A stretch of 64,000 nucleotides of DNA from Patescibacteria group bacterium (GCA_041651015.1 JBAZKA010000002.1:137269-201268); one strand, 5' to 3'; shown: positions 10,102-23,849, numbered from the stretch's first letter. The notes: a model not told the origin generated them from the letters alone. Program-made: numbers and translations.

Positions 10102-11358
10102 ATGACCGACTGGGTCGACTTCGCCGAGATCCGCGAAAGGGTTTCGCTCGAGCAGGTGCTCCTCGAGTTCTACGGACTCGACAACCTGCGCCGCGACAAC
10201 GCGAAGCTCATCGGGCCGTGCCCGGTGCACCTGGGCGACTCGAAACGAGCCTTTCACGCCGACCTCACGAAAAACGTCTGGCACTGCTTCACCGGCTGCC
10301 ACCGCGGCGGGAACCAGCTCGACCTCGTGGCGCTCAGGGAGGGGATCACCATCCGCGAGGCCGCGCTCAAGCTCAAGGCGTTCTTCCACCTCGACGAACG
10401 CGGCAGCACGGCTCGCTCTCAACAGGGCGCCGCCACCGCTCGCGCATCGCCGAAGGGATCATCTCCCTCTCAGTCATCCACTCCACCCCGTCGCTCCTCA
10501 TCCCGCACAGACACCGCCGCCCGACACGAACATCAGCGTGCATACGCCGAAAGCGATGGCGACGACTGCGATGCCGACGGAGAGGTCATCGCCGACGACG
10601 GCAACACCAACGCCACCGACGGTGCAACCGCGAGCTCAACCGCAGACACTGATCTTCCGATCAACCCGCCGCTCGACGTCGTCCTCAACCTGAAGGGAGA
10701 TCACCCGCATCTCGCAAAGGATCGCGGACTCGCTCCCGAGACGATCGCGCACTTCGGCGTCGGCTACTGCCACCGCGGCATCATGAGGGGTTGCATCGCC
10801 ATTCCGATCCACGACGAGATGAACAACCTCATCGCCTACGCCGGACGGCGCCTCAAGCCCCAGGACATCCGCGAGCTCGGCAAATACAAGCTGCCCAAGG
10901 GCTTCCGCAAGGATCGCGTCCTCTACAACCTCAATCGCGTGAAGGACGCGATGCCCGCCGAAGGCATCGTCCTCGTTGAGGGCTTCTTCACCGTGTTGAA
11001 GCTCCACGAGGCCGGCGTCCAGAATGCGGTCGCGGCCATGGGTTCGGAGCTGTCCGACGCTCAGGCGCAGCTCCTGATCGACACCCCCGGCGTGATCATC
11101 TTGTTCGACGGCGACAACGCCGGACGCCTCGGCGCGATAAACGCGAGAGACAAACTCACCGCGCTCGGCATCACTGTCCGCGTCGCGAATCTGCCCGAGA
11201 ACACGGAGCCGGACGATCTTTCACCCAAGGCGCTGCGCTGGCTCGTGAACGGCATGAAGTTGCTCGACATCGCCGAGGTCGGCTTCTCGTTCCGAGAACC
11301 GCGCGCCGGTGCAAGCGCAGACACCGTCACCGCATCGCCGAAAGAAATGGAGGAATGA
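10102..11358 (+). CDS. DNA primase (CHC2 zinc finger + TOPRIM)
   Basis: CHC2 zinc finger CPVHLGDSKRAFHADLTKNVWHCFTGC. TOPRIM segment VLVEGFFTVLKLHEAGVQNAVAAMGS...ILFDGDNAG. Low-complexity linker in the middle. Confidence 0.75.
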   Translation: MTDWVDFAEIRERVSLEQVLLEFYGLDNLRRDNAKLIGPCPVHLGDSKRAFHADLTKNVWHCFTGCHRGGNQLDLVALREGITIREAALKLKAFFHLDERGSTARSQQGAATARASPKGSSPSQSSTPPRRSSSRTDTAARHEHQRAYAESDGDDCDADGEVIADDGNTNATDGATASSTADTDLPINPPLDVVLNLKGDHPHLAKDRGLAPETIAHFGVGYCHRGIMRGCIAIPIHDEMNNLIAYAGRRLKPQDIRELGKYKLPKGFRKDRVLYNLNRVKDAMPAEGIVLVEGFFTVLKLHEAGVQNAVAAMGSELSDAQAQLLIDTPGVIILFDGDNAGRLGAINARDKLTALGITVRVANLPENTEPDDLSPKALRWLVNGMKLLDIAEVGFSFREPRAGASADTVTASPKEMEE

Positions 11359-11359
11359 A

Positions 11360-11569
11360 ATGCGAGTTCAACTCACGGTCGACATCTCCGCCCGGATGGC
11401 TCGCGCGATTGCCCACCAGTGGGGCTTTGAGCGCCGGGCGACACGCAGCGAAATGGAGGTCTGGTTCGACGGCCACATCACCGCGCTCTGCGAAGTCGTG
11501 ATGCACGAGTACCTCGCGCACCAGCGCGAGGAGCGGAAACGCCGAAGGAGGCTTCGCCATGACGGATAG
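11360..11569 (+). CDS. hypothetical small protein
   Basis: ggagg RBS, ATG at 11360, 69 aa with an Arg-rich tail. Confidence 0.35.
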   Translation: MRVQLTVDISARMARAIAHQWGFERRATRSEMEVWFDGHITALCEVVMHEYLAHQREERKRRRRLRHDG

Positions 11570-11909
11570 CGACTTCGAGATCGTCCACACCTACACCCGT
11601 GAACAGGCGATCGAAGACGGCGTGCTCGTAGAAACGGGCACTGCAATCGTCCCCTCAGTGAAAGGCATTGCCGCGGTATCTGTCTGCATCACCGTGAACT
11701 GCTACGCGACCGCTCATCTTGACGATGATGGGCGCCGCGCAAGAGTCGTCGAGCTCGCTCTCGCCGCGCTCTTCAACAAGCCCGATCGCGAGGACACGCC
11801 CTACATGCGCCTGCGCGTGCTCAAGGAGAATCTGCCCGCCGGCTGCCCGACCATCTGGGCGATCCTCGACGGCGACGGCATCACGGTGATGCTCCCCGAG
11901 GACTACTGA
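11559..11909 (+). CDS. hypothetical protein
   Basis: 116-aa ORF contiguous with neighbouring genes. Confidence 0.4.
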   Translation: MTDSDFEIVHTYTREQAIEDGVLVETGTAIVPSVKGIAAVSVCITVNCYATAHLDDDGRRARVVELALAALFNKPDREDTPYMRLRVLKENLPAGCPTIWAILDGDGITVMLPEDY

Positions 11910-11951
11910 ACCCCGCCGAAGAGATCACCGAACAAAAGAAAGGAAAACCAA

Positions 11952-12608
11952 ATGGCTCGTCATCATCATGGCGGCGAGCGCCGTCAGCTCGCCGACCGGC
12001 TCCTCCTTACAGGAGCCGAGTTCTTGTCCGAGGCCGAGCTTCTCGGCCTCGCCCTGCACCACACCGCGCTCGGTCACGCGCTTGCCTCGCAGACAACAAA
12101 CTGGTCCGAGGCCGATCGCACTCTCATTGGCCGTGTGCCCGGGCTGTCAACGGATCGCCTCGCCTCGCTCTATGCGATGAGTGAACTGGCGAAACGGTTC
12201 GCGGTACGTCCGCTCTATCTCAGTCAGTCCCTCCATTGCAGCGAGGCCGTGGTGAATGTCTATCGGCCCAAGCTCGCCCTGATCAAGCAGGAGGTGTTCG
12301 TGGCGATCTCGCTCAACAACCGGAACTGCGTGGTCGCCGAGCACACCATCGCCAAGGGCTCGCTCGATTCGGTCAACGTCCATCCGCGCGAGGTGTTCCG
12401 TCCGCTCCTGCGCGACGCGGCCGCCCGCGCCATTGCACTGCACAACCACCCGTCCGGAGATCCGACGCCGAGCGAGAACGATATCTCAATGTGCCGCCGC
12501 CTCCACGAGGTCGGCAAGCTCGTCGGCATCCCGCTCCTGGATTTCCTGATCGTGGCCCACGAAGGCTCGGTCTCGTTCCGCGACATCGGGCTCATGCCCG
12601 CGTCGTGA
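11952..12608 (+). CDS. radC: RadC-like JAB/MPN domain protein
   Basis: JAMM motif HNHPSGDPTPSENDI. Confidence 0.8.
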   Translation: MARHHHGGERRQLADRLLLTGAEFLSEAELLGLALHHTALGHALASQTTNWSEADRTLIGRVPGLSTDRLASLYAMSELAKRFAVRPLYLSQSLHCSEAVVNVYRPKLALIKQEVFVAISLNNRNCVVAEHTIAKGSLDSVNVHPREVFRPLLRDAAARAIALHNHPSGDPTPSENDISMCRRLHEVGKLVGIPLLDFLIVAHEGSVSFRDIGLMPAS

Positions 12609-12790
12609 GAGACGAGATCAAATCACAACGCTCTTTTCTCTGCCCGCCAATTCGCTGCGCCGCCATGGCGATAGCGACTTGAGCGGGCAGGCGCTCTTTC
12701 ATCCAAATCACCGCGCTCCTCGGGCTCGCCCAATGACGGCGGGCTCGAGGGCGCCTCTTTCCCGAGAACGGGAAGAAAGGATCTGTCCCC

Positions 12791-13015
12791 ATGCCGAAGA
12801 ACAACAGCAGAAACAGCGAAGAGAAGAAGACGCACCTCAACGTGTTCACGCCCGTGGAGAAGAAGGACTCTAAAACGTTCTGGCTCCGCGTCGGCTCGGC
12901 CTTCACCAACAAGGACGGGAGCATCAACGTGTACCTGGATGCTGTGCCCTTGAACGGCAAGCTCCAGCTCCGCGAGCCGAACCCCAACCCGGATGAGCGC
13001 GACGATGACCGGTGA
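12791..13015 (+). CDS. DUF736-like protein (ICE-associated)
   Basis: FWLRVGSAFTNKDGSINVYLDAVPLNGKLQLRE matches the DUF736 pattern seen in integrative conjugative elements. Confidence 0.5.
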   Translation: MPKNNSRNSEEKKTHLNVFTPVEKKDSKTFWLRVGSAFTNKDGSINVYLDAVPLNGKLQLREPNPNPDERDDDR

Positions 13016-13748
13016 CAAAGAAGAAAACACCGGCCTACCGGACGGTGTGAACACCCCGATCGACGAGCGGATGTCTGTCCGTCTCATTGAAGCACTCACC
13101 GCGGTCTGGTCCAAGATCCGTAAACATCATCCCGATGTTCCCGGTGTCGTCATCCTCGCCGCGCCGTCACTGCGAAAGCAGCTCAACGTCCTCGGCCACT
13201 TCGCCGCGCTCCGCTGGAGCGCGCGAAAGAAGGGTGATCAGCACTTCCACGAGGTCGTGGTTGTGGCCGAGCACCTCGACCGCACAGCCGAGGAGATCGT
13301 CGGAACTATCGTTCACGAGGCCGCACACGCTATGAACTTCGAGCGACAGATCTTCGACTGCTCACGGAGCCAGTACCACAACCAGCGGTTCAAAGACGCT
13401 GCCGAGGAGCTCGGGCTCGAGGTGGACCAGGTACCGCACTACGGCTTCGCGAAGACAAGGATGACCGAGAAGACGATCGCGCTCTACGCGAACGAAATCG
13501 CAGGGCTCAACGACGCCCTCGTCCACCGGAGAAAACCGATCATCATCGCGAAACCCGCGCCGCCAAAGGATGGCACGCGCGACGGACCGGGTGACGAAAA
13601 CGACAACGCCGACGACACGCCCGCCTCGCGTCACCTCAAAGCCGTCTGCTCCTGCGACCCGCCGTTCATTATCCGAGTTTCCAGAAAAACCCTCGCCGAG
13701 ACGCGCATCATCTGCGCGCGATGCGGGGAGGAGTTTGGGGTCGTCTAG
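12993..13748 (+). CDS. SprT-like zinc metallopeptidase with C-terminal zinc ribbon
   Basis: HEAAHAM (HExxH) plus C-terminal CSCDPP...CARCGEEF ribbon. Confidence 0.55.
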   Translation: MSATMTGDKEENTGLPDGVNTPIDERMSVRLIEALTAVWSKIRKHHPDVPGVVILAAPSLRKQLNVLGHFAALRWSARKKGDQHFHEVVVVAEHLDRTAEEIVGTIVHEAAHAMNFERQIFDCSRSQYHNQRFKDAAEELGLEVDQVPHYGFAKTRMTEKTIALYANEIAGLNDALVHRRKPIIIAKPAPPKDGTRDGPGDENDNADDTPASRHLKAVCSCDPPFIIRVSRKTLAETRIICARCGEEFGVV

Positions 13749-13759
13749 TCGTTCTTTGT

Positions 13760-13786
13760 AGCCCGCCAAAAATGGCGGGCTTTGTA
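13760..13786 (+). terminator. hairpin after SprT-like gene, at the boundary of the low-GC islet
   Basis: Stem agcccgcc/ggcgggct with a weak T-run. Confidence 0.4.
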
Positions 13787-13871
13787 TGTCACACCTGTAC
13801 CCCTTGACACTTTTTTATTTTTCATATTTTATTTCTATTCTATTTCGGTTTTTCCAAACAGGAGGTACATT

Positions 13872-16718
13872 TTGTCGTTTGATTTTCAAACAATAGTTTC
13901 CGACATTTTAGAAAAACAATCTCTTGTTAGTTCTCCTTACCACAAAGCTTATCACGCATATATTGTAAATTGGCTAACAAACAGATATAAAGACAAATAT
14001 CCATATGTTACGCTTGTTGGTGTCGGTGGAACCGGTGTAGTTCTCGGCTTCTCTGACACCAGTTCTTCTCCTTTGAAATGTATTAAATACCCTGTTTCTT
14101 CATTTGGCACGACTGGCAATTTTACTCCAGGGCACGTCATCGAAACAGAAGCAAATCGTCTTACACAATTAAGTCATCAGAATATTTTACACGTTGACGA
14201 AGTAGGTAGTGTTCCTGTTGTTGATAATAGTGATGATTTCTCTCTAATCGACAACGAGGGCGAGAAGATCCCTTTCTTTGTAATGCCCTTCATACCCTGT
14301 AAAAATCTTGCTGATTTTCTTAAAGAAGATAGACCTATCGACCAAATCGTTTTGCTTACCATTCTCGCCCAAATTGCGGAAGCACTTGATTACGTACATC
14401 ATCACCATTTAATTCATCTCGATATCAAACCTGAAAACATTTTTGTTGATTTCACTTCTCCTGAGATTATTAACGCCAAACTCGCTGATTTTGGTTCGTG
14501 CAAAGAAATTTCTGTTGGTTCCACTTCCAAATCCATTGTCCTTTGCACAGATGGATATATACATCCAGATCTTTTAAACATTATTAAACAAGGGAACGAT
14601 AGCGATGCAAGACGTTTTCGCAATAAAGTTCCTAAAAGCATTTTTGATTCGAGATTTGATCGCTATTCTTTCGGAGCAACGATTTTGGATTCTGTTTACT
14701 TGTTTCTATCCAACAGTGTAGGAAGATCCGTCTCTCCCTATATGCTTCGTGCACTTCAGTTTATTTCTTTGAAGTGCGCCGATGGTTATGCAAATCACAT
14801 GGCAACACATCCTCGTCGCAAATATCTCGCACCTCCTGATCTTTATAACGATTTACTTTCAAAGAAAGTATCCTATGCTAGCACTACAGAAGTTCTCCGC
14901 GACATTCAAGCCGTTATCTCCAATGGGGATGGTTTCACAGAGCAGGAACTTCTTGATAGTTCCCAGGGAATCGTTTGTTTACCACCACGGTCTTTTGCGC
15001 CGTTCCCAGATAGAGTGCAACAGACTGTCGATTCCACGCCCGTTCGTCGCCTTTCAAGTATTTCACAGTTGGCTCTTGTATATCATGTATATCCAGGCGC
15101 TTCTTACACAAGAAAAGAACATACAATAGGTGTTTTTGCGACAGCCGCAGTTCTTTTGCGCCACATCATTAAAGATAGCAGAAATCCACTCGGCGTGCTA
15201 CTGCTTACACTAAAATGGCAGAGAGCTATACTGTTAAGCTCTCTCTGGCACGATATATCACATATTCCCTTAATGCATGAATTCGAAGATTCGATACCAG
15301 AATTGAGTCAAGGGTACTATTTTGCAAAAATTATGGAAAAGGACTTTGGTTCATTGGCTTTTCAAAAGGAAATTGATACTATTTTGGCTCTATGGAATCT
15401 TACCAGAATTGATGTTGTTTTGGTTCTCGGCAAAAAAAAGAACTTCGATTATCGTAAATGGAATCTTGACGAAGCCCAATGGGATTTTTTATGGGAACTT
15501 CCCGAAAGGCAGCTTTCTGCAAGTATTCTAAACAGTGCTGTTGATGCAGACAAAATGGATTATCTTCAAAGAGACGCTTTACATGTAGGTGTTCAATATG
15601 GTCACACAGTAGATCTTGAGAGGCTTTTCCGCAGAGCAACAGTCGCACTTACAGTGAATACAAATAAAAGGGATGGAACCACGATTACTTCCTTTAAATG
15701 CAGTTTAGGCTTCTGGAGTACAGGTGCAGCAGCTGCAGAAGCTGTAATTGAAGCACGACACAACATGTTCAATCAGGTTTATGCACATAGAACAGTTCGT
15801 GCTTCCAGGGCTATGCTGAATTATATTGCATGGAATTGGCGTTGTAGTATTGAGGAAGGAAAGACATATCGCCCTAATAGTTTGTTTGTAAGAGGTAGCT
15901 CTTTGTGCCCTAGCGGAAGCATCCTATCGCAGATGAGAAAACAGACTCAAAAGCAAATGCAAATGGATGAAATTGGTTCCACTGCCTTTGCTGAAAATAG
16001 AACACTGAATGTTTCCGAAAAACGTTTTGAAGATAAGCTGCGTGATAATTTGCCATATTTGGAATCGTCACTGATAAGATGGTTGGCGGCGCAATCCGGG
16101 AAAGACGAAGCGGTATTAATGGCCGAGTCGTTGATACAAAGAGAATTGTATAAGGAATTATTTGTAATAAAAATTGCGAAAGTTCAACAGTTGTTTGATG
16201 CAATATACTCAACAAAAAAGGACACCGAGAATGAATCAAAGTATGAAATGAACTTTCGGTGCAATAATTGGTTAGGGCTTATTGATTTCATAGAAGCAAA
16301 ACTTAAGGAATACATACAAAATGAAGAAAAAAACAAAAGCGTGGCTATATCAATGGAGCAACTAGAGAAATCGAAGTTGCCTTGTTTATTGGTTGATTTT
16401 GCGTTGCCTAAAACAATGCGTGGGCAACCTATACTATACCTGGTGAGCGAAGAAATGAGATCTGGTGTTGGTTGGGAAAAAGTTAGAAAACAAAATCCAA
16501 GCGGTGGAAAAGAAACTTTATCTGGCATGATCGTTGAGAAGTCGAGAATTTATGAGTTGTTCGGGGGAGGGGTATCGGAAAGCAAGTGGTTAACACCTGT
16601 GATTAGAGTATTCGCGTCGAAAGAGATAGCAAATGTATTACGCAGACATCTTCACGAAGAAACAGTAATCGAATGGCTAAATAGATATTTACAGGATGGA
16701 AGAGCTGTCGTGGAATAA
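13872..16718 (+). CDS. Hanks-type Ser/Thr protein kinase fused to dGTPase/SAMHD1-like HD domain
   Basis: Kinase motifs GVGGTGVV (Gly loop), HLDIKPENIF (catalytic loop), KLADFGS (DFG). C-terminal HD motifs H...LWHDISH and VDADKMDYLQRDALHVGV (dGTPase/SAMHD1 signature). aggagg RBS then TTG at 13872. The ORF is open from 13782. GC is ~38% inside a 65% GC region. Confidence 0.6.
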   Translation: MSFDFQTIVSDILEKQSLVSSPYHKAYHAYIVNWLTNRYKDKYPYVTLVGVGGTGVVLGFSDTSSSPLKCIKYPVSSFGTTGNFTPGHVIETEANRLTQLSHQNILHVDEVGSVPVVDNSDDFSLIDNEGEKIPFFVMPFIPCKNLADFLKEDRPIDQIVLLTILAQIAEALDYVHHHHLIHLDIKPENIFVDFTSPEIINAKLADFGSCKEISVGSTSKSIVLCTDGYIHPDLLNIIKQGNDSDARRFRNKVPKSIFDSRFDRYSFGATILDSVYLFLSNSVGRSVSPYMLRALQFISLKCADGYANHMATHPRRKYLAPPDLYNDLLSKKVSYASTTEVLRDIQAVISNGDGFTEQELLDSSQGIVCLPPRSFAPFPDRVQQTVDSTPVRRLSSISQLALVYHVYPGASYTRKEHTIGVFATAAVLLRHIIKDSRNPLGVLLLTLKWQRAILLSSLWHDISHIPLMHEFEDSIPELSQGYYFAKIMEKDFGSLAFQKEIDTILALWNLTRIDVVLVLGKKKNFDYRKWNLDEAQWDFLWELPERQLSASILNSAVDADKMDYLQRDALHVGVQYGHTVDLERLFRRATVALTVNTNKRDGTTITSFKCSLGFWSTGAAAAEAVIEARHNMFNQVYAHRTVRASRAMLNYIAWNWRCSIEEGKTYRPNSLFVRGSSLCPSGSILSQMRKQTQKQMQMDEIGSTAFAENRTLNVSEKRFEDKLRDNLPYLESSLIRWLAAQSGKDEAVLMAESLIQRELYKELFVIKIAKVQQLFDAIYSTKKDTENESKYEMNFRCNNWLGLIDFIEAKLKEYIQNEEKNKSVAISMEQLEKSKLPCLLVDFALPKTMRGQPILYLVSEEMRSGVGWEKVRKQNPSGGKETLSGMIVEKSRIYELFGGGVSESKWLTPVIRVFASKEIANVLRRHLHEETVIEWLNRYLQDGRAVVE

Positions 16719-16721
16719 AAA

Positions 16722-16748
16722 ATCCCCAAGAAAACAAACTTGGGGAGA
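16722..16748. terminator. bidirectional hairpin between convergent genes
   Basis: Hairpin ccccaag-aaaacaaa-cttgggg flanked by A/T runs. Confidence 0.5.
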
Positions 16749-16769
16749 AAGAATTCGATGCCTTTGATT

Positions 16770-17510
16770 TCAAGAATCGATCGGATTCAAACCAAGAAGA
16801 AAGAATCCAACATTATCGTCTCTGTTTCCGTCCCATACATTGCAACGAAGACCTGATTTCTCAAAAGTAATTGTCACTACTCGGCCACGTGAGTATTTAT
16901 CGTCGGTGGATACACTTAAAAGAGAGTCGGGCGCTCGACAGCCGGTTTCTCTAAAATGGGAGAAAACGAGAGGGACAATAACCGAAATAGAACCTAAAGA
17001 AAGGCAATGGACTTCTGGAAGACCGTTGAGTTCGCGTAAGATCCGTAAATAGTCATTCTGTTCTGCAAACGAACGACTAGTACTCGATTTAGCAACGACT
17101 GGAATCCAGAAAGCAATTGCTGGCAAAGATAACTCTTTACATTGATGTAGAGCTTCCTTATTTAAAAGAACTCGACCGCCACAAAAGGGGCCTGTTTTAC
17201 TGCCGTTTTCAAACAGACTGAATCCCTTGCGTAAATGCCAACAACAAGGGCCGTTGTAATCCACAGATCTTGAGTAACTTCTCCAGGCTGATACGGTTGA
17301 GGAAGGCTCACAGCAAGCATTTCTGTGAAGAAATGTTACTGCTTCCTCATCTGTAAGTGGAGTGGCGAAGGTATATTTCTTTTCTTCTGAAAGAATATTC
17401 CCTATCATGGATTTCAATAGCACTCCATTGTTGATTATAAAACGACGTTCGTCCACGTTCAAAGAGAGAAACAAATTGGAGATTTCCAAGAATGACACGT
17501 CTTTCGGCAT
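16770..17510 (-). CDS. hypothetical protein (Cys/His-rich)
   Basis: 246-aa low-GC ORF convergent with the kinase-HD gene. CCEPS...CCWH motifs. No recognised domain. Confidence 0.45.
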   Translation of the reverse strand: MPKDVSFLEISNLFLSLNVDERRFIINNGVLLKSMIGNILSEEKKYTFATPLTDEEAVTFLHRNACCEPSSTVSAWRSYSRSVDYNGPCCWHLRKGFSLFENGSKTGPFCGGRVLLNKEALHQCKELSLPAIAFWIPVVAKSSTSRSFAEQNDYLRILRELNGLPEVHCLSLGSISVIVPLVFSHFRETGCRAPDSLLSVSTDDKYSRGRVVTITFEKSGLRCNVWDGNRDDNVGFFLLGLNPIDS

Positions 17511-17979
17511 GACACGCTCCTTGTAAATGTACAGACAGTAAAATTTTACTGTCGGAAGGTGCGAATCGTCGCGTCCTCCACTATTTCGTCCAGTTGATAA
17601 ATAAAAGCAGTCTTAAAATACGACTTGATTGTTGAACTTCATAGTGGAAGACATGAACTGAGACACATTAAGTGTATCACAAACAAGGAACATATGTCAA
17701 ATACAATACATGGTCACCCTGATGTCAAGCATTGGGGCTTGGCGCGATTTAGTCAAGACCCAACTACAATACCAGACAGCGCTATCGAAAAGACCATAGG
17801 GCACTTGAAAATATAAAAGATTAAAACTGCTTGCTGTTATAAAAATAGCTTTATCCATCTATATTACAATATTACCGTCCTGAGATGCACCGCAAGAAGC
17901 TTGCGAATGCTCAATAATATGAAAAGCGATTTTGTCTTTTTACAAAACAGGTATCGCATCATTGAGAATATGAAGGTTT

Positions 17980-18031
17980 AGCACTGGCAACTCCGCGGTG
18001 CGAGGCCCATGGGGTCCAGTTGCCAGTGCTG
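17980..18031. repeat. 13-bp inverted repeat hairpin at low-GC/high-GC junction
   Basis: Arms agcactggcaact and agttgccagtgct separated by 25 nt, followed by cttttat. Confidence 0.5.
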
Positions 18032-18057
18032 AGCTTTTATAAAAAGTGCTCTCGGGA

Positions 18058-18687
18058 TCACTCGCTCTTCGCCGCTGGTTCCCCTTCGGGTGGTGCCGCC
18101 AGAACGTTCACGTTCACCTCCACTTCGGTCAGCGCGGAATTGTAGGCCGCGTCTTTCGCGCGGATCACGAGTCGGTACTTGCCGGGCGAGAGCCCCTTGG
18201 GCACCGGGAAATCCAGCTCCTCGCGTTTGGAATCCAGGGCGCCATCCTTGACTCTGAGCGTGGTCCAGGTCTTACCGGCGTCGCCGGATACTTGGATGAG
18301 CGTGATGTTGGAAAGCGCGTCTTCAACCGCGCCGGTCACGCGTCCTTCCGCCTCTTTGAGGTCAATGAAGCGCGGCGGCGCGGTGTCCTGTTGCTGGGCG
18401 AGCGCCCCTATATCCCCGTTGGCCGCAGATACGCTTGAGGTAGACACAGCAGCTTCATCCAGTATCTCGGCCTCGGAGCAGACCGCGGTCGGCGAATTGC
18501 CCGAATCCGGATTCGGGCAGTAGAAAACCTGCGTCTGCACGGGCAGGCCGAAAAGCGTGGTGGTCTTCACATACCAGGCCTCACCGGTCGCGTCCTTGAC
18601 CGAGGGCATGGACGAGGTGACGGACGTGCAGCCGGTGGTCAGGGCGATGAGCGCGATCGTCGCGATAGAAAGATTTTTCTTTTTCAT
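18058..18687 (-). CDS. lipoprotein
   Basis: Signal peptide with lipobox MKKKNLSIATIALIALTTGC. The M15 start is inside a longer ORF. Confidence 0.55.
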   Translation of the reverse strand: MKKKNLSIATIALIALTTGCTSVTSSMPSVKDATGEAWYVKTTTLFGLPVQTQVFYCPNPDSGNSPTAVCSEAEILDEAAVSTSSVSAANGDIGALAQQQDTAPPRFIDLKEAEGRVTGAVEDALSNITLIQVSGDAGKTWTTLRVKDGALDSKREELDFPVPKGLSPGKYRLVIRAKDAAYNSALTEVEVNVNVLAAPPEGEPAAKSE

Positions 18688-18698
18688 GGTCACCTCCA

Positions 18699-18926
18699 TC
18701 ACCGCGTCACTTCGGCGACGGGCCGGCACTTGGGCTTGCCGTCGGTTGCGCGGCAGAACAGCATGTCCGTGCCGAAGTAGCTCCCCTTGACCACATAGGC
18801 ATGATTCTCGGACGACACCACGGCCGTCCGTGCCACGCAGCCCGAGGTGATCGCGCCGAGCGCGAGAAGCAGAACGAAAATGATCGCCGCCGGCTTGGCC
18901 GAGCGGTGCTTTTTGTTGTTCTTCAT
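18699..18926 (-). CDS. small lipoprotein
   Basis: Signal peptide with lipobox LLLALGAITSGC. Confidence 0.45.
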   Translation of the reverse strand: MKNNKKHRSAKPAAIIFVLLLALGAITSGCVARTAVVSSENHAYVVKGSYFGTDMLFCRATDGKPKCRPVAEVTR

Positions 18927-19069
18927 TATAACTTTACCTTTTCTTCAGGTTATCTTTGCCGCCCGCGCCTCAGCGCTCACGGCATCTCCAGTTTCCATCT
19001 CGAAAGGCGCTCTCCCGCCGCCGATGCCGGAACCATCCATGGGCATCGGCGGCAGGAGTCGTCATTCCG

Positions 19070-22402
<3,333 letters not shown>

Positions 22403-22579
22403 CTTCTCTTCCTCCCCGAGCCGCGCCTCAGGCGCACGAGCGTTCACGGTGTTTCCGCACGGCCCGCTGTTGTCCCATCTCTCAAGGCGCACTCCCGCCG
22501 CCGATGCCGGGACCATCCAGGGGCACCGGCGGACGGGACGTGCGAGGACCCCCGCGTTCAAAGCGGCCGATGCCGCCGA

Positions 22580-23134
22580 CTACTCGTGACTTGGTTCGCT
22601 CTGTTCGCTGCCGGCTGCCGCCGAGTCGTCTTTCAACGGAACGGCGACAGGATCTGGGGCCGCTTTCTCGACTGAATCGGCCCAGATGTAGCGGAACATG
22701 GGGACTTCCATTCCAGCCCCTTTGCAGTATTCTGAAGTGACGTAGCCCTTTACGATTATGCGATCGCCGTCGGATAGGCTTTCGATCGACGAGTATTTGT
22801 CTTTGCCGATTTCAAGGAAGACGCTTTGCGCTCCTCCATCCGCAGCAGTTTTCCCTGGTTCGTGAAGCCCGCTGAAAATGGAGTCGGGGCAATACTGTTG
22901 CTCAATGGCAGCACGCTGGCCTCCATATGAGGCCTCAACCTCCACCCACTTGCCTTTGGGCTGCAAGGCTTGGATGGTCTTCAACGACATCTTCTCGTAG
23001 GTCTTGGGGCCGGGAGCAGCGGCGTATTCATTGCTGCCGCCGCCGCTCTCCGAGTAGATGAGGCTCCCGCATCCGGCGACGGTCATAGCAAGAACCCCCA
23101 GCGCGACCATGGACAACCAGACTGACTTCTTCAT
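22580..23134 (-). CDS. lipoprotein
   Basis: MKKSVWLSMVALGVLAMTVAGC lipobox. Internal start at M75 of the ORF. Confidence 0.5.
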   Translation of the reverse strand: MKKSVWLSMVALGVLAMTVAGCGSLIYSESGGGSNEYAAAPGPKTYEKMSLKTIQALQPKGKWVEVEASYGGQRAAIEQQYCPDSIFSGLHEPGKTAADGGAQSVFLEIGKDKYSSIESLSDGDRIIVKGYVTSEYCKGAGMEVPMFRYIWADSVEKAAPDPVAVPLKDDSAAAGSEQSEPSHE

Positions 23135-23421
23135 CCTCTCTCCTCCGTCTGTGCCCTTTAAAAAGAAAAGGGCGAATGAGTCGGCCTCTCGCGAGAACTC
23201 ACCCGCCCAATCCGCACAAACGAAGGTAATCACTCCTCCGCTGCCACGGTGGCGCAAGGATACGAGAGGCCTTTGTCTTGAGCTGGCAGTCAACGCGATC
23301 CGTCGCGGGTGATTAATCCGCCTAGCCCTTGCGGGCCGGATCGAGTCTTCTTTCAACTCACGACCATTATGGTGGCGATGGGGAAGAGAAGCAATAGGGA
23401 AAAAGAGAAAACCCGCGCGGA

Positions 23422-23664
23422 TTAAGGCGCAACGCGATTGAGCGTGTGCACGCCGAGAGGTAGATCGTTGCGATCAACGATCACGACGTCGGAGATATTT
23501 TTCGTCCAGGTGGCGGCGACATTCTGTGCTTCTTCTTTGTCGTCGTAGCTACCGATGACGACCGCGCCGGGCACGTAGACGGCGTATCTCCCGGACTCGG
23601 TTTTGTTGGGAGAGCGCGCGATGGCACTCTCTACCTCGTAGATCTGGGCGATCCTGTTGGTCAT
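23422..23664 (-). CDS. hypothetical protein
   Basis: 80-aa ORF. Confidence 0.3.
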   Translation of the reverse strand: MTNRIAQIYEVESAIARSPNKTESGRYAVYVPGAVVIGSYDDKEEAQNVAATWTKNISDVVIVDRNDLPLGVHTLNRVAP

Positions 23665-23849
23665 GCGAGCCTCATGTAAGTCGGTTGACGGAACATACCA
23701 TAGCTGTAATCGACCGCCTTCCTATAATTCTGAAAAATTGCAACAAGGACGTTACGGGCTCGGTTTCTCGCAGTTCCCACGGTCATGACCGTTGCGCGGG
23801 CCTCAACCGGGATCCATGGTAGTCACGTTCGCGTCAGTCGGAGGGCACC

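Noticed and set aside
9533-10105. 190-aa ORF between the cyclase-NUDIX gene and the primase
   Set aside because: Arg/Gly-rich low-complexity translation overlapping a better small zinc-ribbon ORF (9834..10049).
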